A stretch of 64,000 nucleotides of DNA from assembly GCA_963712745.1 (NCBI GenBank), contig CAVQJC010000020.1, forward strand, positions 576,001 to 640,000, given 5' to 3'. The stretch is from an uncultured Chloroflexia bacterium. Lineage in GTDB: Bacteria > Chloroflexota > Limnocylindria > Limnocylindrales > CSP1-4. The position numbers were made by a program, and so were the translations under genes. Shown here one piece after another: positions 19,757 to 29,213 of this stretch. Numbering within the stretch: position 1 is the stretch's first letter; every line of letters begins with the position of its first letter. The notes beneath the pieces are model-generated. The model was not told where the DNA came from. It was given only the letters and a program-made list of their open reading frames with translations, and searched no databases.

Positions 19757-19899
19757 GCGCCAGCCCCAGTCCTCCCAAGGCGCCAGCCCTGCCCTGCGAG
19801 GACGCCAGCCCTCCCCTGCCAAGGCGCCGGCCCCTGCCCTGCGAGGACGCCAGCCTCTGCCCCCGTGAAGGCGCCGGCCCCTGCCCTGCGAGGACGCCA
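19757..19899. repeat. Degenerate tandem repeat, 22-24-bp unit, about 6 copies
   Basis: CGCC(A/G)GCC recurs at 19758, 19781, 19803, 19825, 19848 and 19872. Confidence 0.85.
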
Positions 19900-20210
19900 C
19901 GCAGCCATCGACCGATCGTCGCTCAGCGGGACAGCACGACCAGGGGGGCGCCGGATCTGCGAGTTCCGTGCACCCGGTGAGCAGGGTCGCCAGTACCGAC
20001 CGCCTGGTGCAAAGAATCAGCAGACTCGAGCGGAATCACGTCGTGATGTCCCGCTCAACGGCAAGGCGGACCCGAGCAGCGGGCCGACCCGAAGATGCAG
20101 GCCGGACAACGCGACCGACCACCCGATAGCCGTCTGCGCCGTGGCCCGACCGGGTCGCGGCGCAGTACTTCTTGGGCCACGCTCCGCGGCGCGTCGGCGA
20201 AGCCTTTGTA

Positions 20211-20410
20211 CAGCGCAAGCGCGACGGTCAGCGCAGTGCGGGCGCGACGGTCAGCGCAGTGCGGGCGCGACGGTCAGCGCAGTGCGGGCGCGGCGGTCAG
20301 CGCAGTGCGGGCGCGGCGGTCAGCGCAGTGCGGGCGCGGCGGTCAGCGCAGTGCGGGCGCGACGGTCAGCGCAGTGCGGGCGCGACGGTCAGCGCAGCGC
20401 AAGCGCGACG
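20211..20410. repeat. Tandem repeat, 23-bp unit, 8 copies plus partial copies
   Basis: GCGCG(A/G)CGGTCAGCGCAGTGCGG recurs every 23 bp from 20219 to 20380. Confidence 0.97.
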
Positions 20411-20508
20411 ATGAAGACCACCAGGAGCACGGCCCAGACCACGCCGAGTACGACGACCGTCCACTCGCCACATCCCTGTGGGCCGCGCAGGCGCCCCTCG
20501 TCCGACAC
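20389..20508 (-). CDS. 39-aa single-TM protein, possibly Flp-pilin-like
   Basis: MSDEGRLRGPQGCGEWTVVVLGVVWAVLLVVFIVALALR; GTG start; directly downstream of the TadG-like gene; below the ORF-track cutoff. Confidence 0.55.
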   Translation of the reverse strand: MSDEGRLRGPQGCGEWTVVVLGVVWAVLLVVFIVALALR

Positions 20509-20546
20509 CTGCCTGGTTCAGAACGAGGTGGACAGGTTGGCGGCGC

Positions 20547-22925
20547 TCAGGGCTGGACCAGGTGCACGGGGTTGCCGATGAGGTTCACCTTCCAGGTCGT
20601 GACGTCGTTGGAGGTGCCATTGCCGGTCATCCGATAGCGGATGCGCCACCAGCCGTCCTGATAGGCCTCGTAGTCGGCCGGGATTGCCGCGCGCATGGTG
20701 AGCCAGCATCCGTTGAAGGTCCCGTTGGTGCTGCCCACGTTCGTCGTCACGATGTCCGTTCCGCCGGGCGGGCTTTGTGCCGAGTTGCAGCTCGCCGCGG
20801 CCGAGTGGGACGTACCCCGCGAGGCCGTGTAGCTGAACCTGGTGGGCACCCAGCCGGTCTGCGTGGGGATGAGGATCTGCAAGCGGGCCTCGAGGGGCCG
20901 GGTATCACCGGGATCCCAGAGCTGGATCTCGAGTGTCTTGCCCTTGTGAGCGGCCTCGATCTGGGCCAGGAAGAACTCCGATACCTGCTCGCCACCGCTG
21001 GCGGTGAGTGGCGTGAAGGCCTGCATCGCGCCCAATCCGTAGACCCTGGGCTCACCCAGGCTGGACTCCACGAAGATGGCGAAGCTGTTCTCACCATCGG
21101 TGCCCAGCTGGTCGTTGGGAGCGGCAGGATCGGTGGAGGAGGTGTGAAGGCGGTAGACGCGGCCCTTCGAGCCGCCACTCAGGTTGTCGTACAGGCGATA
21201 CCAGCGATTGTGATAGTCGCGGCCGTCGCCGTATAGCGCGTCGGTCCGATACAGGCACTCGTCGCCGCTGGTGCCGCCTGACATGGTCGAGTCGCTGGCA
21301 TGGATGCCCCGGAAGAGATCCTCGTCCCCGGCGACTGGGAGACCGTCGTCCGAGTAGTCGTAGAGGGTGTCCCGGGTGTCGTAGAGCGTATAGAAGGTGC
21401 TGACCGACCGACTCTGGCCAGAGCTGAACCAGCGATCGCCGGTGCCTTTTGCGGTCCCGACCGCACAGTGCTGCGGATCATAGATGTAGACCGAGCCCGT
21501 CGCGAGGGGCGGGATCTCGATGGCGTAGTTGTAGTAGGTATCGGCGTCGTAGCAGGCCATGCCATCGGCGGGGCACTCCAGACTGGTCGTCGACGTCCTC
21601 CGATCGTAGCCTGGCTGGTGGGCGTCTCCGTTGACGTTCTCGGCACCCTGGGTGTTGAGCGTGCCCCAGAACCCTCGCGGATTGAGATCGTCGCCGTCGG
21701 CCTCGAAACAATCCGCCTTGCCCGTGGTGCACGCGTTCCCCGGGCCCTTCAGTGGAAGGTCCCCGAGGTTCGTGGTGACGTCCTGCGTCGTTGTGTAGCT
21801 GTAGTCCCAAGTGATGCGGACCTCGGCCTCGTCGACGCGGAAGGTCTTGGACCCCGTGCAACCCTCAGTTGCTGTCAGGCGCATCCGGAAGTTCGCGTCT
21901 GAGAATTCGTCGCGGGTCCAGGAATGGCTGCCCCAGTCGCTCGTGTTGGAGGCGTTCCCGAGCGTGTAGGCGTTGTTGAATCCCGTATCGAGGTTCGGGG
22001 TCTCCACCAGGTCGCTCCAGGACCCGGGTACACCGCCCTGCCAGGAGAGCTCGACGCCGACCCGCGCGCTGCCGCCCGAGCAGCTCGAGTTGATGAAGAC
22101 GTCGGACAGTCGGACCTCGATCCCGGCGATGCTGAGCGACTCGCCCGCACCCGGCGTGGGCATGCCGCCCTGGGCGTTGATCCCAGACCACACGTGCTGG
22201 GCGCCGTTCGAGCTCGCGAGAGCGTTGCTGCCGTCATCGTTGTAGAGCGCGTAGTTCAGGCTGCCGGAGGAGGGGCTCCAGTCCCCGCCGTCGTGCGCAG
22301 TCGGAGAACGCCAAGGGCTCGAGTTGCGATCGGCAGTCGGCACCTCCTCGGTGGCCGTAGAGGTCAGGCCGCGAGCCAGGCCGAAGGCGCCGTAGTAGTT
22401 CTCCGGGCTGCCCATGGGCACAGGCAGCACGAACTCCGCCGCGCTGGTGACGCCGACGTCGACGGTCTTGAGACAGGGCCCGCCGTCCCAGCAGAAGACC
22501 CGAGCGAAGTTGGTCTGGACAGGACCCTGGATGTCGACGATCAGCTTGCGGTCATTACGGGGCGTGTTGTCATCGCGCCGCGGCGTCACGATGACGCCGT
22601 CGACACCGTTCGTGAAGCCGTTCTTCTCGGCCTCGTCCAGGGCCGCCGCGAAGGCGCGGGACTCGTTGTTCGGGAGATAGACAGCGCCGGCGAGCGATGC
22701 CGCATCCGCAGCGCGTTGCGCCTTCAGTTCCACGGTCCACCACCAGGCAACGTCGGTGAGCAACGCCGCACCGCCGATGAGCACCACCGACATGATGGCG
22801 AAGATGGGTAGCACCTGACCCAGCTGGCGCCTGCGAGACTTCTGGCTCGCGTCGCTCGTCTGGCTCATGGCATCGGACCGGTCTCGCCGCCTCGCGATGG
22901 CTCTGAGGATGGTGTTCGGGCGCAT
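20547..22925 (-). CDS. TadG-like Flp pilus-associated protein with a large extracellular domain
   Basis: GQVLPIFAI...TDVAWWW...AQRAADAASLAGA; AGGAG RBS. Confidence 0.82.
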   Translation of the reverse strand: MRPNTILRAIARRRDRSDAMSQTSDASQKSRRRQLGQVLPIFAIMSVVLIGGAALLTDVAWWWTVELKAQRAADAASLAGAVYLPNNESRAFAAALDEAEKNGFTNGVDGVIVTPRRDDNTPRNDRKLIVDIQGPVQTNFARVFCWDGGPCLKTVDVGVTSAAEFVLPVPMGSPENYYGAFGLARGLTSTATEEVPTADRNSSPWRSPTAHDGGDWSPSSGSLNYALYNDDGSNALASSNGAQHVWSGINAQGGMPTPGAGESLSIAGIEVRLSDVFINSSCSGGSARVGVELSWQGGVPGSWSDLVETPNLDTGFNNAYTLGNASNTSDWGSHSWTRDEFSDANFRMRLTATEGCTGSKTFRVDEAEVRITWDYSYTTTQDVTTNLGDLPLKGPGNACTTGKADCFEADGDDLNPRGFWGTLNTQGAENVNGDAHQPGYDRRTSTTSLECPADGMACYDADTYYNYAIEIPPLATGSVYIYDPQHCAVGTAKGTGDRWFSSGQSRSVSTFYTLYDTRDTLYDYSDDGLPVAGDEDLFRGIHASDSTMSGGTSGDECLYRTDALYGDGRDYHNRWYRLYDNLSGGSKGRVYRLHTSSTDPAAPNDQLGTDGENSFAIFVESSLGEPRVYGLGAMQAFTPLTASGGEQVSEFFLAQIEAAHKGKTLEIQLWDPGDTRPLEARLQILIPTQTGWVPTRFSYTASRGTSHSAAASCNSAQSPPGGTDIVTTNVGSTNGTFNGCWLTMRAAIPADYEAYQDGWWRIRYRMTGNGTSNDVTTWKVNLIGNPVHLVQP

Positions 22926-22933
22926 CGGGGCTC

Positions 22934-23566
22934 CTAACTCGACGGATTCAGGGCCATGACGGTTGTCTCCTTGAGGGGCATCTGCAGGCGCCCTCCAGAG
23001 ATCGCATTAGCTAGCGCGGCCACGGGCATGACGAAGTTGTAGGTGTAGCCGACGGAAACCCCGATGGAGTCAGGGAACGCACCGGTGTTGTCACGGCTGC
23101 ATACGGGCCACGATTGTCTCGACGGGTCCGGGCCGAAGACGATCAGCTCGGTGCCGGCTCCGGGATCGACGTCGGTCGGGCCGAAGTTCCGATGCCAGAC
23201 ATTCACCGGTCCGGCCTCCGCGCCGGAGTCAGTGGCCTTGAAGATGCGGATCTCCTCTACCTGGGCAAGCCTGACTCCCGAATCCGGCGACTGAAGGATG
23301 CGCTGCACGGCCGCGACCAGGGTGGCGTCGACGCCAGACGGGTCGTCGGGCTGGCCGGGCCCGCAGAGCGCGGGGTCCCCGCGTGCGAGCGCAGAGCCGA
23401 CCCGGGCACCTTCTCGGGACCCGTACACCAGCGACTGGACGTTGCCGTAGACCACGCCCAACTCGGCCACGCTGACCACCAGTAGTAGCACGATGGGCAG
23501 GACCAGGGTGGCCTCGACCAGGGCCTGACCGCGCTCGCCCTCAGGACGTCGCGAGAAGAACCTCAT
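22934..23566 (-). CDS. TadE/TadG family pseudopilin
   Basis: RGQALVEATLVLP and SREGARVG. Confidence 0.88.
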   Translation of the reverse strand: MRFFSRRPEGERGQALVEATLVLPIVLLLVVSVAELGVVYGNVQSLVYGSREGARVGSALARGDPALCGPGQPDDPSGVDATLVAAVQRILQSPDSGVRLAQVEEIRIFKATDSGAEAGPVNVWHRNFGPTDVDPGAGTELIVFGPDPSRQSWPVCSRDNTGAFPDSIGVSVGYTYNFVMPVAALANAISGGRLQMPLKETTVMALNPSS

Positions 23567-24216
23567 AGCACCGGCTCGATTCGGAACACGTTGCGCTGGA
23601 CCATCATCCAGCCGGTGTCGTTGCCGGCGAAGATGTTGAAGATGGAGTCGAGGGGCGTCACCCAGCGGTGGCGATAGCGGACGGTGACCGCGATGTTGTC
23701 CACGGTGGAGCGCTCCGGTGTGAACGGCGGATCAGGACAGCCCTTCAGCACGTTGCAGCGTTGCTCCTCGGGGTATTCCGGAAGGCCCGCCACGCCGGGG
23801 TTCTCGAGCCTGTAGGGGACATCGACATCGGTCCCGTCGGGCAGGGTGCAAGGGGTTCTCAGGCCGTCGATACGCTCCCACTTCTGTTGCGCGAGGGACA
23901 ACGCGCCGGACTTGGTGGACCGCCCGATGACCACGTGCTGGATCCTGTGGGGGTCGGTGGGCGCGTAGATGTCCTTCTCGACCTCGGTAAGGACCAGGCA
24001 GTCCGCGCCAGCCTGATTGCCCATGATGGCCGCGATGTGCGCGCCGTTCTGCGAGGCGCGGTTCACTGCCATGTAGGCGTTGAACAGCAACGAGATCTCG
24101 ATCAGCGCCATGAAGAGGAAGATGAGGATGGGGATGACCAGCGCGAACTCGACCAGGGTCTGCCCGGAATCGCGTGAGCGACCGGGCCCCCCCTGGTCTT
24201 CGGTTCTGCGAGGCAT
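23563..24216 (-). CDS. TadE/TadG family pseudopilin
   Basis: SGQTLVEFALVIP and ASQNGAH; start uncertain. Confidence 0.85.
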   Translation of the reverse strand: MPRRTEDQGGPGRSRDSGQTLVEFALVIPILIFLFMALIEISLLFNAYMAVNRASQNGAHIAAIMGNQAGADCLVLTEVEKDIYAPTDPHRIQHVVIGRSTKSGALSLAQQKWERIDGLRTPCTLPDGTDVDVPYRLENPGVAGLPEYPEEQRCNVLKGCPDPPFTPERSTVDNIAVTVRYRHRWVTPLDSIFNIFAGNDTGWMMVQRNVFRIEPVL

Positions 24217-24537
24217 GTCGGGCACTGACAGCCACCTTTCGATCGGAGCGCGAAGTCCGGGTCGCCTACCGGTACCAAAGGACCGGTGGCATGACGACCG
24301 GGCCATCTAACGATGAGGACTTCCGGATTTCAATAGAACTATCGGGGGATGGCGCACTGTCTGGTGACCCATCGCAACGACGAATCCAGCCGAGTCCGGA
24401 GGATGTCTGCACCGGATGTCCCCCGACGGCACCGCACCGGTCACAAGCGCCCACATGCCCTCATCCCGCCTCCGTCGAGCGTCGATCGACCCGCCGATCG
24501 AGGGCGCGGCCTTGTTCGCGTTGTCCAGGCGCGTGGC

Positions 24538-25926
24538 CTACGGTTCGAAGAAGCCTTCCACCTGGGTCACTTCGACGATCGTGGGCGTCTCACCGGCCAC
24601 CGTCAGCTCGTAGGTGCCGGGACCGTCGGCGTCGGCCAGTCGCGTGCAGAAGTCGTCGAACGGCGAGCGGGTGACGTCCTGCCCGTCGATACGGGTCACC
24701 TCCGCCCCGAGCTCGAGGTCCTCGTTGCCGGGCCAGCCCTCGAGATAGGCGCCGATCACGTAGCCCTCGTCCCAACCGAGCGACACCGAGGCGGGGTCAG
24801 GGGGTGCGGGCGCATCGTCGATCGGGTCGAGGTACAGCGCGTCCTCAACCCAGTCGATGGTCAGCACGAAGTGGCGTAGGAGATCGGTGCCCGCGTCGCC
24901 CCGTCCCTGGGGTAGCAGCTCCGACGTCGCGAGCGGCAGGCGCAGTTCGCTGGCCGCTCCCGCCTGACCGAACCCCAGGTCCGCGGCGGTCCAACGGACC
25001 CGCGTGCCGACCGGGCCGCCCGCGGTGGTGGCCAGCACGGCCGACGCAGGGGCGTCACCCGGGAGGGCCAGGCCGACGCCCTCGAGGTCCGCGGGGTTGA
25101 CCGTCAGCCAGCCGTCTGAGCCGGTATCGAGCAGGAATGCCAGGAAGCCCTCCGCCGCACGCAGCTCGAAAAGCGGTGAGGGCGAGGTGTCCGAGGCGCG
25201 GGTGAAGTCGAGCCGGATGGCGCCGTCGATGTGGTCCAGGTCCGCGGTCGAGCCAGCGATGGTGATGGTTCGCGCGGTCGGGTCGACCTGCCACACGGCG
25301 GTGCGCATGAGGCTGGCTCCGATGAACCCTTCATCGCTCAGGCAGTAGAACGGGTTGCCCGGCTCGATGGCGTCGACTACGGCCCCTGCGTCGCTGAATA
25401 GCGCGTCGCCGATGGCCAGGCGCGGCAACTGGACGACATCGCTGGTGATGACCTGTCCGTCCGCCGAGGCGGTGGAGACCGTGCCCGCCACACCGTCGGC
25501 GAAGACCTCGGCGATCTCCTGCGAGACGATGGTGGGCGCGCCCGTGTCGACGATCATGGGAACCGTCCGGCTGTCGTCCCCGAGCGTGACGTCGATGACG
25601 ATGGAGCCGGCGACCTCGCGGTACGGGACCGTCACGGGGAGGGTGTCCACGTCGACGGTCGTGCCGGCGAGCACCTCCGCACCGGCGTCCTGGTCCCCGC
25701 GGGCGATGAGGACGATGGCCGCGATGAGCCCCACAGCGATGGCGATGATGACCACCGGCACAGCCATGGAGGTCGACCAGCCGCTGGGCGGCTCGATGCC
25801 GACCGCGGTGGCGCCTTGCGCCGAGTCTGGCGGGCGCTCGGGCTGTGGCTCCGCCGCGTTCGGGCGCTCGGGCCGGTGCTCGGGCTGGAGCTCCGCCGGG
25901 TTCGGGCGCTCGGGCTCGTCAGGCAT
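24538..25926 (-). CDS. Membrane-anchored aspartyl protease (two retropepsin-like lobes and a PDZ-like C-terminus)
   Basis: TM helix, MIVDTGA, GFIGA and FLLDTGS; C-terminal LELGAEVTRIDG; start overlaps the upstream stop. Confidence 0.8.
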   Translation of the reverse strand: MPDEPERPNPAELQPEHRPERPNAAEPQPERPPDSAQGATAVGIEPPSGWSTSMAVPVVIIAIAVGLIAAIVLIARGDQDAGAEVLAGTTVDVDTLPVTVPYREVAGSIVIDVTLGDDSRTVPMIVDTGAPTIVSQEIAEVFADGVAGTVSTASADGQVITSDVVQLPRLAIGDALFSDAGAVVDAIEPGNPFYCLSDEGFIGASLMRTAVWQVDPTARTITIAGSTADLDHIDGAIRLDFTRASDTSPSPLFELRAAEGFLAFLLDTGSDGWLTVNPADLEGVGLALPGDAPASAVLATTAGGPVGTRVRWTAADLGFGQAGAASELRLPLATSELLPQGRGDAGTDLLRHFVLTIDWVEDALYLDPIDDAPAPPDPASVSLGWDEGYVIGAYLEGWPGNEDLELGAEVTRIDGQDVTRSPFDDFCTRLADADGPGTYELTVAGETPTIVEVTQVEGFFEP

Positions 25927-27100
25927 GACTGGTGACGGGTTCAGGGGCGCCGCGATCACGCGGCCACAGCGAGTGTGCGGCGACAACGACCAGGACAGTG
26001 GCCCCGGCCAGGGCGAGTGGTTCCATCGTCATCGAGATCGACACCAGGCCCGCGGAGGCCACCAGCCCGACCCGAGCGGTGGTCCCGGCGCGCGGCCATG
26101 CCATCGCCGCGAACGGCAGAAGGACGACCAGGTAGTGGTACCAGAACTGTCCAGGCACGAGCAGCATCGCCACCGTTCCCATGAGGGCGGCTGCCGGATA
26201 GCCAGCTCGCCGTCGCGCCAGCCAGATGCTGGCCAGGACCGCCAGGCCGCCAGCCAAGAGAGCCGCGACGCGCACGGCCGTGACGACGAAGCCCGGCAGG
26301 CCGAGTTGGGCTGCGACGCTGGCGGGGGCCAAACTGGACGGGTGGTTGCCGGAGCCTCCAAGGAGGTTCATGAGCACGGTCGGGAACTCGAACCACGCTG
26401 CCGGCGCAAGGACGAACGAAACGCCCACGATGGCCAGCAACGAGATGGCCAGGGCCGCCCGTGCCCGGTGGCTCATGGCGACGACCGCGGGCACGAAGGC
26501 GACCGGGCTGACCTTGAGCAGCGCCATGGCCGCGGCGCTGACCCCGGCGGCCGTGCCGCCGAACGCGACCAACGTCGAGCCCAGTGCCACGAAGCCACTG
26601 ACATTGGCGAACCAGAGCGCCAGCCACGCGGGCAGGAACAGCAGGGTCGCGACCAGGCACCACAGGCCACGTTCCAGGCTGCGGGAGGACCCGCCCAGCC
26701 CGGCACCGAGCCAGGTGGCCGCGTACACCGACACGAACTGCAGGACGTACCACAGGCCTGAGGTGAGTGATTCAGGAAGTCGCGCCACAGGGGCGAGGGT
26801 CTGCGCCAGCGGCGGCGGGTACAGGTAGCCCCAGGTGCCGATCTCGATCGGCCCATTCAGGTGTGCGGGCAAGTACGGCGAGAAGCCGTCGAGGAGGCGC
26901 AGCGAGGCGTCTCGATAGGCGTTGAAGTCGGAGGCGTCCGCGCCGCTGTACCCGAGCGCCACGGTCCACAGCGCGAGGTGCACGAGGACCCCGACGACGG
27001 CCAGCACCAACGCCAGGACGAGTCTGAATCGAGGCGAACTCAGGGCACGCGGCCCCGGTCCTGGCGAGGCGGCCGACCGCCTCGCGATGCCGAAGTTCAC
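25919..27100 (-). CDS. Glycosyltransferase family 87 (DUF2029) membrane protein
   Basis: DFNAY, YLYPPPLA, ANVS, LKVSP and WYHY; GTGA overlap at 27097-27100. Confidence 0.82.
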   Translation of the reverse strand: MNFGIARRSAASPGPGPRALSSPRFRLVLALVLAVVGVLVHLALWTVALGYSGADASDFNAYRDASLRLLDGFSPYLPAHLNGPIEIGTWGYLYPPPLAQTLAPVARLPESLTSGLWYVLQFVSVYAATWLGAGLGGSSRSLERGLWCLVATLLFLPAWLALWFANVSGFVALGSTLVAFGGTAAGVSAAAMALLKVSPVAFVPAVVAMSHRARAALAISLLAIVGVSFVLAPAAWFEFPTVLMNLLGGSGNHPSSLAPASVAAQLGLPGFVVTAVRVAALLAGGLAVLASIWLARRRAGYPAAALMGTVAMLLVPGQFWYHYLVVLLPFAAMAWPRAGTTARVGLVASAGLVSISMTMEPLALAGATVLVVVAAHSLWPRDRGAPEPVTSHA

Positions 27101-28248
27101 GACGCGGGCGCCCTTGGGGGCCACAAGGCCAGGATGATGATCAGAGACATGGCGGTGCCCCCTGCCAGCGCGAGCGGATCGACGCCGAAGCTGACGCTGA
27201 CGACACCGGCCGAGATGAGGAGCCCGAAACGGGTTGCCGGTCTGGCCTTGGGCCACGCGATCGCAGCGAACGGCAGCAGCACCACGAGGTAGTGGTACAG
27301 GAGCGTCCCCCGGATGGTAAGTGCGGCGACGGTGGCAAGGAATGCCGCCTCGGGCCATCCTTCCCGTCGCCGTGCAAGCCACAGGCTCACGATGAAGGCC
27401 ACTCCACCGGTCGTGAGGGTCGCCAGCCGTGTCAGGAGCACGAGCCCGTCAGGTAGCCCACTCCGGGCGGCGATGTTCGCGGGGGCGATGCTGACATGCC
27501 CGGATGCGGCCAGGTCGAGCAGGATACGCGGATAGTCGAGCCAGGCCCCGGGTGCGAGCGCGAAGCTGATGCCAAGCGCGACCACGAGGCTGATGACCAC
27601 GGCCCAGCGCGACTCGCGGCCCATCAGCAAGGATACCGGCACGAGCGAAGCCGGGCTCACCTTCAGCAGGGTGAGAAGCACCGCACTCGCACCCGCGGCT
27701 GCTCCTCCGGCCGCCACGAGCGTAGCTCCCAGGGCGAGCACGGTGCTGATGTTGCCGTACCAGAAGGAGCTGAAGGCCGGCATGAACCAGAGCATCGGCA
27801 CGAGACACCAGAGCGCACGCTCCAGGGACCGGCGGGCACCACCCAGTCCCGTCCCGATCCAGAGTGCCGCGTACATCGCGACGAACTGGATGCTGTACCA
27901 GCTGAACTCGGCCACCGGCGCCGGCACCAGCGTCAGCGGTGAAAGCAGCTGGGCCAGAGGTGGCGGATAGATGTAGCACGTCGGACAGTAGGCCTCGGCG
28001 GCCCCGGTGACCTGCGCGACCGTGTACGGAGAGCCGACCTCAAGCCACCGTTCCGACCCGGCGAGGTACGCGAAGAAGTCGTACCCACCCTCGTGGCCGA
28101 TCGCCGAGAGCAAGCTCGGGTAGAGCAGGAGCAGGTAGACGCCTAGGGCACTCAGGGTGAGCGCGAGGGCCAGCCGAAATCCCTGTGAACCGAACACCCG
28201 GAGTCCCGGCATGCCGGTCACATCCATGCGCTGCACCACGCCGTTCAT
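27097..28248 (-). CDS. Glycosyltransferase family 87 (DUF2029) membrane protein
   Basis: DFFAY, YIYPPPLA, GNIS, LKVSP and LYHY. Confidence 0.82.
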   Translation of the reverse strand: MNGVVQRMDVTGMPGLRVFGSQGFRLALALTLSALGVYLLLLYPSLLSAIGHEGGYDFFAYLAGSERWLEVGSPYTVAQVTGAAEAYCPTCYIYPPPLAQLLSPLTLVPAPVAEFSWYSIQFVAMYAALWIGTGLGGARRSLERALWCLVPMLWFMPAFSSFWYGNISTVLALGATLVAAGGAAAGASAVLLTLLKVSPASLVPVSLLMGRESRWAVVISLVVALGISFALAPGAWLDYPRILLDLAASGHVSIAPANIAARSGLPDGLVLLTRLATLTTGGVAFIVSLWLARRREGWPEAAFLATVAALTIRGTLLYHYLVVLLPFAAIAWPKARPATRFGLLISAGVVSVSFGVDPLALAGGTAMSLIIILALWPPRAPAS

Positions 28249-29162
28249 GCCGGATCAGGCCCCCCGGTAGCGGGCCGCAGTCCGAGGCGCATCAAGGCCC
28301 GAGTCGCGAGGCTGGGCGTGGCTGCCGGGTATCGGCGGTGCCACTCGGCGATGAGCCCCACCAGCATGGCCAGGCCATGGACCCACAGCACCGGCAGTGC
28401 CCACGTGGCCGCGACCAGCACCGTCCAGCGGCGGTCGGTGCGGGCACCCCAGACCACGAGGACGGTGGCCGTCGCAAGCCGGGCCACCAGCGGCACGCGC
28501 ACGAGGTTGATCCAGTACGGGTCCAGGCCGATGCGCTCAGCCTCGAGGACATAGTCCCACCATTCCCGCCAGAGATGAGGCCACAGGACAAGGGAGACCA
28601 GGCAGGCGACGGCCGTGGTCCCCAGGGCGATGGCCAACGAGCGCCACTCGCCGCGGACCACGAACCAGAGCAGGCCCACGCCGGCCGTGAACTTCGTGAG
28701 CAGCACGAAGGACCAGGTCCAGGGATGGCGGAAGCCGAGCAGGATGGCCACGGCCAGGAGGATGTGGATGTTGCCGTGGTAGAGCTCGAGGGCCACGAAG
28801 GGGATGGCGAAGGCGGCCACGATCCAGCCCGCACTGCCGCCGATCCAGACGAGCGAAGCCACCATCAGCGCCGTCCACAGCCACAGGAAGTCCCACCAGG
28901 AAACGAGGCTGAACGTGCTCATCACCGCGGCCATCGGCGGGGTGTAGGGGAACGCTCCCACCTCACGATGCGGGATGTCGTACACGGCCTGCATGTCCAC
29001 GACCCAGTAGGAATAGGCATCGATGCCGAAGGACTGGACTCTCGGCGCGAGCACGAGGAAGACGAAGCCGAGAAAGATCAGCCCCGCCACGACCATGCCG
29101 TGGGTGACCGCGCGAGCGCGCCCGCTCGCAGCCAACCCGCTCAACCTTCCTGCTGCTGTCAT
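28245..29162 (-). CDS. Glycosyltransferase family 87-like membrane protein (short form)
   Basis: DAYSYW, FPYTPP, ELYHGNIH and LTK. Confidence 0.78.
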   Translation of the reverse strand: MTAAGRLSGLAASGRARAVTHGMVVAGLIFLGFVFLVLAPRVQSFGIDAYSYWVVDMQAVYDIPHREVGAFPYTPPMAAVMSTFSLVSWWDFLWLWTALMVASLVWIGGSAGWIVAAFAIPFVALELYHGNIHILLAVAILLGFRHPWTWSFVLLTKFTAGVGLLWFVVRGEWRSLAIALGTTAVACLVSLVLWPHLWREWWDYVLEAERIGLDPYWINLVRVPLVARLATATVLVVWGARTDRRWTVLVAATWALPVLWVHGLAMLVGLIAEWHRRYPAATPSLATRALMRLGLRPATGGPDPA

Positions 29163-29213
29163 GGCGCGGTCGCGGTGCCCGGCACCGACGCGGTGGCTGG
29201 GGAGGCCAGCGCC

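Noticed and set aside
20095-20637. Plus-strand ORFs across the 23-bp array
   Set aside because: The unit is not a multiple of 3, so the translation just cycles through frames; no protein-like features
24340-24367. Sigma28-like promoter (CCCGATA) upstream of TadE
   Set aside because: The -35 element is poor and the spacing is off; a single instance
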